From Nageia nagi (taxonomy: Eukaryota > Plantae > Pinophyta): DNA of 64,000 nt. The position numbers and the translations under genes were made by a program. Below, piece after piece: positions 38,801 to 51,792 of this stretch (the stretch's first letter is position 1; each line of letters opens with the position of its first letter). Below the pieces are notes generated by a model that saw only the letters and a list, made by a program, of their open reading frames with translations, did no database searches and was not told where the DNA came from. Location of the stretch: NCBI GenBank assembly GCA_050084985.1, contig JBITNC010000001.1, positions 33,604,001 to 33,668,000 on the forward strand. Direction: 5' to 3'.

Positions 38801-41800
38801 TAAAAGACAAGTTTTAAATATTAGTTTTTAAATTAATTGAGTTTGGTAACTTTTATATGATCCCTTCCTAACCAAAAGTAGATGCATATAAGTTTTTGAT
38901 ACATATAAGTAATTTTGATATGCTAAATGTAACCTCAAATTCTAGATATACATTATCAAGTTAAAGTTTATCTTTTCTTGATGGATGGGTTATCATTATA
39001 ACATGTTTTTCTAAATGTATTTCATGCTTCTATACTTTTTTTTCTTTGATAATATAAAATTCTTGAAAGTATATATTATTATTTCTCAAACTTGTACTGC
39101 AAAAATCTGACATAACAAAACTAATTAGGAAAGTACAAATTCACTCAAGTAATGGAAATGCTGAAGTGTTGTCCCTCTTTAGATCTGAAGCAAATGGTTC
39201 CAGCACTTTAATCTTTAAAATGTATTTCTTAGTTTAGATGTGATTTGGGGTCTTTGCCATGTTTGAGATTGTGTGTGCTTCCAAGATGATACCATGAAGG
39301 ACTAACCAGATTGATCTTAATGTCTTTTTTTACATTCTGAGGAACCAAAGTCAAAATTTGTGCTGGTTTATGGTATGTGTATGTTCCATGTTGTGCAAAA
39401 GGTGCATCTGAAATCTGAGTTTTGCACATATGAAGTATCAAATGGAAAGTTTTTGATCTGAAACAAAGAGGGTTTCTTGTGGATAATGTTGTAATGCATT
39501 ACGTTTCAGCTGCGGTTATATGTGGCTTCCACTCATGGGGTGTTTCTCTCAAGATTTGGAGGCCAATTTGTGTATTAACCTGAAATAGGGTGGTAGAAGT
39601 TTTTGGGTGTCAGGAGGAAGCATTTCGACTTTCAATTATCACTTCATTTTATATAAATTAAAATTGTTATGGTCTCTCCACCTTTCTTCCGGTTTTTTCT
39701 ATTCTAGCAAGTTTGGTTGTTCATATCATTTGTTTTTATTGGCCAGAGCAAAAACAATTTCACCTGTGACAACTACATTATAGATCAGATAGATAGATGG
39801 CGGAATATTAGTTAGTCTAAAACTGTCATATTGTTATCTGTAATTGAAAGTATTTATTTGTAACACCTTTTACACTGAGCTATCAATGTATACTTATTGA
39901 CCACCTTGTTTTTTAACAACTTTTACACTGATTTATCAATGTCAAAAAATTCAAATGTTATGATTTCATTCATGAATGTTGCAGACAGCCAGGGCAGGAC
40001 TGCATTGCATTGGGCTGCAGATCGAGGTCAGTTGGAAATTGCTGATATTCTTGTTAAACGAGGAGCAGATGTCAATGCTAAGGTGCGTACCAATTCTATC
40101 AGGGTTGCCTATTCCAATGCTATTTTGCCTTGTTATTCGTCACGTATGATAACAGTTAGTATCATGTCTAAGAATGGGTTGAAGCATGACTGGAAAATTA
40201 CTAAATAGAAATATTTGATTGTCACTGGTTGATCAATTTACAGCCTTAAGGTATGCCACTTGTTAGTAATTCATAAAATCTCATGTGATCCAACTAGCTA
40301 TATGAGTTTGAAATGATGAATGGAATTTATTCCCCACTGCTAGATAAATGACAAATGTATTCCATTGTGCTATAGCTTATCACTGTGATATGATACTGTA
40401 TATCTACCTATCTCTATCTGCCAAATGATACTATCAATGTTTGTATCTATATTGGCCGCATAGTGATCTGTAATGACTTTCCAAAACTCATCACATACAG
40501 ATTTCTCAAGTTGTTTAACTTATGAGAATTGGAGTAGGAAACCTGTCTCGGGAAGAAAAACCCCAGCAACAACCAAAAGTTCATCTTATAAATGGAAAAA
40601 ATAAAAAAAATACACCATCAACACCAATATTGCCCTTCCTCCAGAAGTACCTCTAAGAGAACAATACTATGGCCTCCAAAACAAACATGGAATAGCCTCA
40701 CACAGTGCTCTCCAAAATGATGATAATGGTGCCTATTCTCCGTACAACATTTGCACCGACAAGATCCTTCCTATGTTCTCCCACTCTCTCTTCTCAACAT
40801 TTTTCCATCTCTCCTTGTTCTTCCTTAACCTCCTTTTATATGATTTCAATACAATAAACAAGTCTTGCCATGTGCTCCTCGCAAATTCAATATTGGTGGT
40901 AGGTAAGTTGTTTTTGTTTTATAGCTAATAAAATATTAACTCCAAACAAACCAAACACTATTTTAAAACACCTAAACCATCATATAGAGGTGCATAGATT
41001 TTAGAAGTGCCCTGTGGTAAGTTGAGCATTGAGAGCATGGTCAAGCCCAGTTTGATCGCCTACCATTGGAATTCGTTGGTGCCATTGAGGGTGCTGCACG
41101 TTGGATCTCATTCAGACTACAACTGGAACCTTGTTGTGCTGTCGTTTTTTTTGGCGCCATTGTTATTGCTGCCTCCATACTGTCTTTGACCATGACTCCA
41201 CTTGGCTGCCCCTTTGTGGAACCTGCTTTACCTTGTTGGCTGACATCATCATCATTTTGCATGCCCAAGTCTGCCCTTTGATCATTAACCCTGCCAATGT
41301 GCCCTCGCACTAGGCTGATGATGTGTTTACTGGGTCTCACTAAGTACAAGGGTGGTTTCAAACTGATTTTGTTTCACCTTTTCAATTTTATTTATCCCCT
41401 CAACACTTTAAAAGACCATATCTCCTACACTGGGGATCGAATTTTCATGCCATCGAAGATGTTGGAGAGAAGAAGAGAACAACTTGAGAAAATACTCCTT
41501 ACAAGTTTTCAAGGATTCATTTTTGGATCACTCCTCCCCACTAAGGGAGCTTTTGGTCCATAAAAGCATCTAAGATAAAGAAATGAGGTGAGGGTCAAGT
41601 CCCCTCACCTGATCAACTTTGAACCATTTGGCTTTCTGTGGATGTTGGCCTTTCAATCCAACAGGCCAAATCTCATGTGTGCCACTAAATGAAGTTCTAT
41701 TTTCTGTTTTCTTTTCCAAAACCACATCTTTAGATAACAATCCATATGCTGAGGTGCTAAATCATCAACTGATGGTAAATTAGATTCTTTCTCATCTGTA

Positions 41801-43547
41801 ATCAATGCTGTCTCATACAACTTTGTGTTCTTAACGTTCACAACTGAATATATCTGTAATCAATGCAAGATCCAAGCGAAATGCATTTTTAGTAGGGATT
41901 ACCATGAAAATTACTAAATAGCAATTTTAGTAGGGATTCCCATAAAAATTACTAAATAGAAATATTTGATTGTCACTGGTTGATTAATTTACGGCTTCAA
42001 GGTATGCCACTTGTTAGTAAATCAGAAAATCTCAAGATCCAACTAGCTATAAACTCATATTGATGAATGGAATTTATTCCCCACGGCTAGCTAAATGTAT
42101 TCCATTCTGCTCTAGCTTACCATTGTGACATGATACTGTTTATCTACCTATCTATAGTTGCCAAATGATACTGTCAACCTACGTATCTGTATCTGCCACA
42201 TAGACTATCCATGTGCTGTCTGAGAGGCTTTTGATGTTAAGCATTTAAATATTATTGACTTTATGGGATTCTCATGAAAATGTCTTGATAAAAATGAAAC
42301 TTCTTCCTTTAGCTTTGATCATTCACTCCAAAAGCTTTCTCCATTATTCACAGTACTAGTAGACCAAATAAAAATATATGAAGAAAGGCCCTTCTAGAAA
42401 TAGGATGGAATAAATTCAAGATACAGTAATTGCTCTTCTTTATATTAATATTATGGTCAGAAGCTGCCTGCAATGCTTCTGTGGACAGACTGCAATAAAT
42501 TAAATTAGTAACTTGTATATCCAACTAAATTCCCTTTCCTATCAAATAGTTCTACCTATACAAATCTCTTCTGAATGTTACCATCTACCGAAACATTCTA
42601 ATTGGCTTGTCATTATTTTTTGTGTACATTGGTTTTAGATGAAAATAAAAATATGAAAATACAAAAAGATTAAAAGTTTAAACAATATCATAAGAATGTA
42701 GTCTGGCCTGTCATTATTTAAAAGGAAGAAAATGGAAATACAAAAAACAGTATCATAAGAATGTAGTTTATTTAATATCATAAAAGAAAAATTGAAATAA
42801 AACTAAAATAGATTATGACAAACATTATATAATTAGAATGATCCTTTGTGAATTAAAGACTTCAAAAAGACTTCGTATCTAATATAATGGTAGAGTATAA
42901 TTTTATTCTGGATAAGAAAACTATCAAAGAATTTTAATATGGATCACCATATTACGTAAAAAAAAGTAAATAGTCTGATAATACAGCAATATAACAACTA
43001 TTTGAAACCTTTTGGCATTTTTTATTATTATTATGTTAGAGGAGTTTTTTTCCTGAACTTTTTGGGTCTGTCATGGGTGCTCACAGACCCTGTGCGTGAC
43101 ATTTGGTGCATATCTCTGTTTGTAGAGGGTGGGATTTGGACTGAGATTCTATTTACAACTGGGAGTTTTCATACCCAAGGTTCTTCAACTCCCCTAACAA
43201 GTGGAGATGAAACCTTTTGGCATGTTGTGTAGTTGAGACATGGAATGCAAAATAATGCATGCTTATCCCAAATGTGTTTTTTTTTCAGTTGTCTTTTATC
43301 ATAGGATTTGATGGTTGTGTGATGCATGTGAGAAAAGTTTAATTATACGGAGAGTAACTATGTTCAATTGTTGTATTAGGACATGGAAGGGCAAACCCCT
43401 CTTCATTATGCTTTTGTTTGTGAGCGGGAGGATATTGCGAGGTACTTAATTGACCATGGTGCAGATGCTTCTATAAAGGACAATGATGGTGATACCCCAC
43501 TTGGTATCTGTCCCAAAAAATGGAGCTGGATGAAGGACAATGCATGA
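29180..43547 (+). CDS. ACBP1: Class II acyl-CoA-binding protein with N-terminal TM helix, ACB domain and ankyrin repeats (ACBP1/ACBP2-like); join(29180..29823,33368..33473,33583..33689,33955..34046,39985..40082,43380..43547), 404 aa
   Basis: MGDWLELLQSVFIAVIFAFMVAKLISIV TM start; DDDWEGVESTELDEAF and LQFYGLYKLATEGPC...RAKWHAWQRLG (ACB); GRTALHWAADRG and GQTPLHYAFVCERE (ankyrin). All five introns are GT-AG with consistent phases; total 1215 nt. Confidence 0.95.
29417..29605 (+). repeat. In-frame 21-nt (7-aa) tandem repeat x9 in ACBP exon 1
   Basis: EILGKED/EKPEKED/EILGMED/EKSEKED/EILGKET/GTLGKEH/ETLQKDD/ETQGKSV/ETLGGEG. Confidence 0.85.
31343..32147 (+). mobile_element. Possible solo LTR in ACBP intron 1
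   Basis: TGTTAG...TTCAACA ends and an internal CTATATAAG; the flanks do not give a matching TSD. Confidence 0.35.
33368..33473 (+). CDS. ACBP1: ACBP exon 2 (ACB C-half, HAWQRLGTMSPEAAMQKYITLLSEIRPSW)
   Basis: Acceptor GCAAG|G; donor AAA|GTAAGC. Confidence 0.9.
33583..33689 (+). CDS. ACBP1: ACBP exon 3 (KSRKQDEESSNQSAAKGGIGPVFSTFVSYEGSDDE)
   Basis: Acceptor TTTTTAG; conserved GPVFS motif; donor AC|GTGAGC. Confidence 0.88.
33955..34046 (+). CDS. ACBP1: ACBP exon 4 (RLEIIHSYASEGDVTGLLQVLEQGVHVDLK)
   Basis: Acceptor CACAG; homologous to the IHxFAREG...GxxVNxK pre-ankyrin segment; donor G|GTGC. Confidence 0.88.
35600..35945 (-). pseudogene. L1-type LINE reverse transcriptase fragment in ACBP intron 4
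   Basis: RQGDPLSPYLFIIM motif (ORF 35712-35939) followed by xVNxNKTKTFF. Confidence 0.85.
36060..36600 (-). pseudogene. Highly decayed Copia integrase fragment in ACBP intron 4
   Basis: PFPTVTPSSCRYCLWFVDNYF resembles GPFPxxSxxGxRYFLxFVDDYS, followed by FQRFKF...KIK. Confidence 0.5.
38520..38648 (-). mobile_element. End fragment of a TIR (hAT-like) repeat family, also present at 53591-53725
   Basis: Reverse complement CATAGTTGGAAAACTCAGACTTGGGA...TAACTCAGAGAGTACTC matches AGTGTTGGAAAACTCGGACTTGGGA...TAACTCAAAGAGTATT at 53591. Confidence 0.6.
39985..40082 (+). CDS. ACBP1: ACBP exon 5 (ankyrin repeat DSQGRTALHWAADRGQLEIADILVKRGADVNAK)
   Basis: Acceptor TTGCAG; donor AAG|GTGCGT. Confidence 0.93.
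40194..42203. repeat. ~270-bp direct repeats (40194-40463 and 41945-42203) flanking the truncated Gypsy
   Basis: AAAATTACTAAATAGAAATATTTGATTGTCACTGGTTGAT...GCC(G/A)CATAG is present twice, about 85% identical by eye. Confidence 0.9.
40464..41885 (-). mobile_element. 5'-truncated Gypsy element in ACBP intron 5: chromodomain-like pol tail, PPT and complete 3' LTR (40464-41530)
   Basis: LTR ends TGATC...GATCA. PPT AGTGGGGAGGAG immediately before it on the minus strand. Upstream minus-strand peptide VVLEKKTENRT...EIWPVGLKGQHPQKAKW...LDPHL* is chromo-like. Confidence 0.75.
43380..43547 (+). CDS. ACBP1: ACBP exon 6 (ankyrin repeat DMEGQTPLHYAFVCEREDIARYLIDHGAD...WSWMKDNA*)
   Basis: Acceptor TATTAG; TGA at 43545-43547. 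Confidence 0.93.
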   Translation, partial: DMEGQTPLHYAFVCEREDIARYLIDHGADASIKDNDGDTPLGICPKKWSWMKDNA

Positions 43548-43727
43548 TAGGTCCATTTTCTGATTCTATCTTGAAACTCAGTACAGCTGGTGCATTTATT
43601 AGTATATAAATGAGATGTATATTTTGTCACATGAAATGCTACAAACTAATAGAAGCAATATATGTGGGGTTTATTTTTGTATAATACCAGTTATAATGTG
43701 ACAACATCATGTTTGTCTGCTTTGGTC

Positions 43728-44175
43728 ATCCATTATTCTTACCATGAGATGTATAGTTTATTGTTGTTTGATATGATGTCGTAATCTCTCTATACATATT
43801 TATAAAACGTTTCTGCGTTGTAAGATGCAGTATGACTGCGGAGAGAATTGCGGAAAACTTTGGGAAAAATCTGCCTTCAATAAAAGATTGTTCTGTTTGG
43901 TTGCCGTTGTTATCCATTGTTCTTGCCATGATGTGTATAGTTTATTGTATTTGGATATGGTGATATAATCTCTTCATACATATTTATGAGATTGTCTCTA
44001 TTAGAAAACACGGTATTGATGCCAAATGTTTTCTAATAATTTACTACATTAAGTTGTTCAAAGTAGCTAGATTCTTTACTTGAATGACCTTTGATTAGCT
44101 AAAGAATTTTATAAGTTTTTCATTGAATAGAAAACACATTATGGAAAACTTTGGGAAAACTCTACACCTAATAGT
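43728..44175 (+). repeat. Degenerate tandem duplication just downstream of the ACBP stop
   Basis: TTCTT(A/G)CCATGA..TGTATAGTTTATTGT and GGAAAACTTTGGGAAAA each occur twice in the same order. Confidence 0.7.
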
Positions 44176-45099
44176 TGAATTTTCTGTTGAATGGAAAGAG
44201 TATTAGTGACTTTCCACTTCCTGCTAAACTAGTCAAAATTTCCTGTAATGTAATTTATAAGGATAACCGAATCTAACAAGATCTTATTTATTTGCAAATG
44301 AGTTTCAATAAAAAGGAGGATTACATAAGGTAACATCAAGCAAACATCAAGTATTTCTGTTTGCTGCAATAAATAAAAGCAAGCAATTTCGACTGTTGCT
44401 GTTAGCTGCAGTGAAAGCAAATAAGCAATGATTATATATAGGTTTTTTGGGAGCTACCCTGTACAAGGCATTGTTGATACCACTGGAAGGCATTAGTATT
44501 ATATAATCCCTCTACTTTCTATGGAGTTGCAGAATGAGGTGTAAATGGTTAGTCACTGTGTTAAAGCTGGAAAAATACTTAAAACAATTTAAATGAAAAG
44601 GTGCAGTGTTTAAAGGTGGGATAAACAAACCTCTATGCTTCGTACTGTTCACATTTTTTATTTACTCAGAATTTTCAAGGCATTAATGGCACTAGTTCTT
44701 TGTATGGTCTTCAAGAACGAGGTGAAAAAAATAGGCGTTATGGTAAAACTGGAAAAATGCTCCTCTTCAAAGGAAAAGTTTCGGAAGTCAAAATTGATCA
44801 CTTATTATGCTGTCGTTAAGGGTGGGATGAGCAAACCTCCATGTTTCATTCTGTGCCATGCATCTTTCTCAGAAGTTGGAATTTGCAAGTTTCGTTGTCT
44901 GAAATTCTCAAGTATTCAAATTTCAGAGTGTAACGGTCTCTTCGTATTATCAGAGTCATGATTCTCAAATTGTATAAACAATCAATGCATAGGAATGGTT
45001 GCATAAACTATCATTCCAATCAACAGGTAGTGCATAAGCAATCATTATGAAAGAGAAACAAAGAGTCATACATTTTTTACTTTTATTAATTAAATTTTA

Positions 45100-47080
45100 T
45101 TTTTTTTTAATGTTTTGGTTAACATTAATAAAGGTAAAATCAACGTTTAACATCTTTTAAATCTATTGATTTGTAGGATCTATCAAGTGTTTTAAATATC
45201 AACAATGTAGGGAGTGGGAGTAGAACTTGAAACCTGTAACGTGGGTGTTTTTACATCTCATTTGTCTACCAACTCCCCTACAAAATTTGTTAAGTTACAG
45301 TTTGAAGGTTTTAACAAACATTATTATATTTGTGTTTGATTTGGTTCTACAATTTTATTTTAATGATTTATTTTTGTTGGGTAGGTTCTAGGAATTGTGG
45401 TCAATTGTCTTTGGGAGTATGCTTTTTTTTTCTTGGAATATGTACTCATTGTTCAATATCTTTATGTATATAAGAAACAATTATCCAAATACTTAATTGA
45501 TATATGTATTTACTTTTGAACAAACTTTGATAAATCCTACAAACTGATCAGTTTAAAAAAGATGTTAAAAAATTATTATCTAACCATATTTCATAATAGA
45601 TCAGATAAGAGTACATACTTGGCTGAGTGGCAATTTAGTGGATGTTTATTGTTTGTTGCTTAAGAAATTATGGGAAGTGATGTAGGGGACATTGATGCAT
45701 GGGCTGTGGTCTCTGCTTGCTTGGATTTGTCTGTATCATAAGATTTTTGATTGAAGAAGCATTTACAATACTTTTACCATGTTTTGATGATGTAATTTAG
45801 TATCTGCAAAGACCTTGATATATAGTATTGGATCTGTGACATTAAGATTACCGAGAATAAAAAACTAAAATAATGGTAATGATGAAGAGAATTTTTATCG
45901 AGTGAATAAATATGACATGATATATTTTAAATGTTTACATTTGCTGTCCTTGAGATTTTTGGGGCTGACGTAGTGCACTACATCTCAAATTATGTGGATG
46001 AAATGGTGGTCTTCAGCATAAAATCTGTTGATAATCTAACCTAATGCAGGTTAAACATTTTAATAAAAAATTAGTAAAAAAACTTAAATTGAATATATGC
46101 CAGTAAAATCCTCAATCTTATTCAATGTGGAGCATGGACTGTTGTTGAACTGTACAATTCCCAAAAAATCCTACACCTCAAGCAAAAAAAGGTTTGGAGC
46201 AATTTGGAAATTCTTCAATCAGCAAATAATGAATTGAAAAATAATAAATATCTCAACAATTTACGTAATAATATGAACGGATACATTATAACCGTTAGAT
46301 GATACAAGATTGATACTATAGACATTGAGTTTGCAGAATTAGCAAGGATTACATGTATCCCAATGAAGATAGGCTTTGGTCCCACATAATAGAAACTAAT
46401 TGGAGACAACAATGAAGTGAATAAAATAGAAGCTATGTCAAACCTAATATCTGACCATTGGAGTCTTCAAGACTCATTTTGAAATTTGCATTATAGTTGA
46501 ATACACTACATATCAATTTCTTTCTTGCGGTATTTTTTTAAGATTTTATGTATATTTTTGATGTGTGATTTGATTTATAATTATTTTGTTATAAATTAAT
46601 AAATAATAGATAGATAAATAATTGTTTTTTAATGTCTTGTTAAATTTATTGATTTGTAGGATCTATCAAAGTTTGTTTAAAAGTAAATATATATTCAATT
46701 AAGTATTTAAATGATTGTATCTCATATAAAGAAAAATATTTAACAATGTATAAATATTTCAAGAAAAACAAGAATACTCCTAAGGACAATTGATCACAAT
46801 CACTCTAACCCATCTAATGATAATAAACAATTAAATAAAAATTCTATAACCAAATCAAGCATAATAAGATAATGTTTGTTAACATTTTTAAATTGTAAGT
46901 TATCACCTCTTCTCAAGAGAGTTGGGAGATAAATGAGGTGTGAATGCATGCACATCAAACATCTCAAGTTTTACTCTCACCCTTTACATTGGTGATATTT
47001 AAAAACTTTCAATAGGTTTAAAGAATATTAAATGTTGACTTTACCTATATTAGTATTTGACAAAACATTAGAATTTTTTT
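45100..47080. repeat. Two inverted ~480-bp copies (45100-45582 and 46611-47080) of an interspersed repeat; third partial copy at 55815-56030
   Basis: Shared blocks CAATTGTC(T/C)TTGGGAGTAT, AAATACTTAATTGA and AAACTTTGATA.ATCCTACAAA; about 75-80% identity by eye. Confidence 0.85.
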
Positions 47081-47849
47081 TTAAATTAGTTTAGATATCT
47101 TAAATATATATCTATAAAATGCGGATAAGTATCATTCTCAAAGCATCTATCTTAAATATCTTTAAACTTCACATAAAATATTATTAAAAATAAAAACTAT
47201 AAATAAAAAATGCAATAAATATCTCATACATTATTTATTAAAAAAATAATAAATATTACATAAAAAAAATTAAATGAGATAATAATTAAATATAAAAAAG
47301 ATCGTGGATTAATTTTTTAATATCTGCCCATTCTTATTATTTTTTGAAAATGTTTAAATGTTTATTTAAATGTTATAATTATTTTTTAAATATAGTTGAA
47401 CTATTATCCTTTATAATTACGTCAAGAGACGTTCTACAATGGCAGTCAGGGGGAAGGCAAAGACTCAAATATCACACTGTTAACATTTAGAAACAAAATT
47501 AGTCGACTTTAACAAAATAATTAAAAAAAATTTAACTTAAAAAAAACATTTAAAAAATTATTAGCCGACTTTAAAAATATATATCTAAAAGAAAATAGTG
47601 GGTTGATGATAAACAAAATTACATAACTATATAAATACCAATAACATCAATCAAAATTCTCAAATTCAATTGCAAAAAAAAAGATAACACCTCGAGATTG
47701 ATACCTCTCAATGTTTTATAGATATATATACTAGTATTAAATTAATTAGTAGGTCAATTTTAATTTTTACTTTTTAAAAAAGTTTGAAAACCAAACATTT
47801 GATGGTTGGAACTTAAAATTGTGAAACATTGAGCATGGTATTTGTTGTG

Positions 47850-48782
47850 TTGGAACTTATAATGCAATTTTGAGAGTGATAGTAGCTTAAGCATATTCCT
47901 AATTAATTGAGAATTAAAGAAACATTAGTGATACCTATGAACAAGGAAATACAAGTGTCAAACATGCATTATTGATTAACAAATTAAATCAATACAAGTA
48001 CTCCATTGCCATATCAAATAAAATGTTCTTTTGTATTATGCATTTGAATGTTACAATGTTCTCTCAAACATAATGTTACAACTGGTGTAAAATTTTGCTT
48101 TTGTTAATGAAGTGCCTAGGTCCTTGATGGAGGTCCAATGTTCTTGACTATCACCTATAACATCGACTTCACTAACACATTGCACGCATGAATAAGTTAG
48201 TTCATAAATCAACATAAGCATGAAAGTATGAAGCAATATGAACAACAAAACCTCATGAGAATTCTTCCATGGATGCTAGTGCTCTAATAAAACCTAACTT
48301 CTCTAATCTCATGAGATGGTCAATTTTGATGGACAAATTTTGCCTAAAGTATAGTGTACATTCAATAGATCTAACCTCACAATACTCTATCATGTGTGTG
48401 TTTTCAAATGAGGAGCCTCCTATTTATAGGCTTATATTTACATCTTGTCTTGAATATTTTATTATGTTTTTACTCTATTTTCAACATGGAGATAGGTGAT
48501 ATTTGAAATTCAATTTTATCACATGGGGAGGTGATGACCTTGACTTTAGAAGGTAGGTGCAAAGACTTTAATGATAGGTGAGGCCCATGATATGACTTGA
48601 GAGCTATGTGGGACCATCCACATCATTTGAGAAAGATGTGGATCATGCAGTATGACATGATACTAGTTTGACCTCATGAGTTGATTATGTGAGGTGGAAT
48701 ATGAGTTGAAATTAGACATTTAAATATAAATGTCCTAATTTATTTAATTTAAAAACAAATATACCTAAATTAAATGTCTACA
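47850..48782 (-). mobile_element. Probable LTR remnant immediately upstream of the GNAT gene
   Basis: Minus-strand start TGTAGACATTTAATTTAGG at 48782 and internal CCTATAAATAGG (48416-48431). Left end unresolved. Confidence 0.45.
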
Positions 48783-49132
48783 CTAATCCTATTACACTTA
48801 TAAAAAAAATTGAACATCACAATTCTGATTATGATTGTCTTGAAAATTTTACCAATATAAAAATAATGTTGAAAAAACCATATCCAATAACCCCTTCTAC
48901 AACATACTTATTTACAAAAACATAGAGTCAATTGCACATCTCCTTGAACTGTTTTTCTAATTACACATTAAAAAAAAAAAATTGAATACAATAAATAACT
49001 TTTATTACAATATACTTGTGGATGACCAAGTAAACAAATGAATCAATTCCTTGAAGCATTGTTTCAATGAATTCCTAGTAACTTACAAATTTGTCATCTC
49101 TTACAGAATTCTTAATAAGATGTTCCTGGTAC

Positions 49133-49142
49133 TTATTATAAG
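49133..49142 (+). promoter_or_regulatory. TATA-like box for the GNAT gene
   Basis: TTATTATAAG about 55 bp upstream of ATG 49195. Confidence 0.35.
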
Positions 49143-49194
49143 TTCTAGCAAATTTAGTTCCTCTGCCCAAACCAGAGCAAAATCCCAGATATCA

Positions 49195-49904
<710 letters not shown>

Positions 49905-51792
49905 ACTCGAAATCTTTAGAACATCAGGGTGTAGGGCTTAGTTGTTTTTTTTTTTTTTTTAAGTCTTCAAATTTTACAGGGTCTCTTAAGAAGTGCCCTT
50001 GTTATGGTGATGCTCAGCGCACATCAGGGGAGGATTTTTTTTCAACTGGAATTATTTTTTATTATTTTCTACGGGATCTTATTTCATTTGATGAGGATAT
50101 CTCTTTGGAAAATGCTAACTTATTGGTTCAGTCATGCGACTTTCAGTAATTACAAAAGAGTTTACATTAATTGGTGGTTGAATGTTTTATTGGGTCACTA
50201 TTTTCTTAGGTTTTTTATATTTACTACAATTCTGGATCCTTTTAGGGTTGGTAGATTAGGGTTTATGGTTTAATGCTTTTATGTGTGGTTGGAAATGAGT
50301 TTATATTTGAAGAGTTTTTGATGTAGCTGCTCTATTCAGCATGAAAAATGTCGACTGTTATTGGTATCTAGATTTTGCTGCGATCGAATTGAGTAGAGTC
50401 TTCTATGAGTAGACTTGAGACGAATACCTATAGAAAATAGGGGATTTTATTTTTCCCTTTCGGTGTGGGGAGCAAATGTCGTCTGCAGGCAGAAATGGTA
50501 TTTCGTTTTCACAATTAATACTTTATCTACAAGAACATGAATGCATTAAGATGTTGTCGATAATGATTTAATTTTAGCAAATTGGTTTTGGACTGCCTTT
50601 TGATTAATTTTAGGATTAAACTGTCTTTCTGTCATACTCACAAGGTATTAATTTCCGTCTGGTCTACACCCCAACTTCAATAGAAAGAGGAAGACTGAGA
50701 AGCAATTAGTAACTTACTTTCAGCCACAGTGGTGATTGTAACTTAAAACTTGCAATTGTTATGGCATTTAGTTCTAGTGATGTCGTTTTTGCCAAAAATG
50801 AGCAATAAGCCCTTTACAATCCTGAAAACATTTATGTTACATCACATGCCACTGTTACAGAATATGCCAAGACTGATTTGGATGTTTGTCTTGGAGCTTA
50901 GGCATCTGCATTGCATCTATTTGTTTCAATGGTAAGGAATATGTTTCCTCCTTTTTTGTTATTCTACCCTTGATATTTGTTTGCACAGTTGATGCAAATA
51001 TTCCCATCTTCTATACCTTATGCAAATGATAAAAAAACCCGTATATTGATTTTCAATTTTTTGAAATTGGCTTAAACATCATATTGTCAATTGAAATCTA
51101 AATACGGTACGGTCTTTTTTAATTTTTTTTTTAGTTCCTAAGTACAGTTAATTCATATGCTCTTTTTTAATTTTGATTTACATCTTTTTTGTTTTAAGAA
51201 ATGGACATCTTTTGATTATTTTTTTCTTGTAATATTTGCTATGGCCACACGTTTGCAACTTATTCGGTCTTATAGATTGCCTAACTATATACTATTGAAT
51301 GAAAACTTATTATTTTTGACATACAAACATGAATTAAAGTGGTTTTGTTAAGCATGTAATGTATTTAACATTCCATAGAAAAACTATAGCATATCACAAC
51401 TTACTTCTTGATTGAGGTATATACATTGTCTCATAGTCTATCAAAGTTTTGTCTATGTAGTAATTCTTTTTTAAATTATTTTTATCTTTTTGAACTAGCA
51501 TTGCATGTAACATTTTGATTATGGTTGTAAGAGAAAGGTACATATCTCAATTAGCATATATATGAGCTCCATTTACTTATTTTCCTTAAAGCATACATTT
51601 CAAGCCATTAAGATTCATCTTCTTAAAGCATACATTTTAACTTCTTTGAAAATGAATTGCTACATAGAGGAAATATTTCAATAATTTCTTTAACTTTGCT
51701 AGAATTTACTTTTATTCCTCTTTTTAAACAACGAAACAATTTTTTCAAAGATACCTTAAATGCATTTTTTGAGGTTTAAATGTTAAATTATA

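Noticed and set aside
41007-41563. Cluster of overlapping 60-106 aa ORFs
   Set aside because: They lie within the Gypsy LTR (40464-41530) and show no protein motifs.
44635-44961. 108-aa ORF downstream of ACBP
   Set aside because: No recognisable domain, overlaps a local non-coding duplication, and has no splice or homology support.
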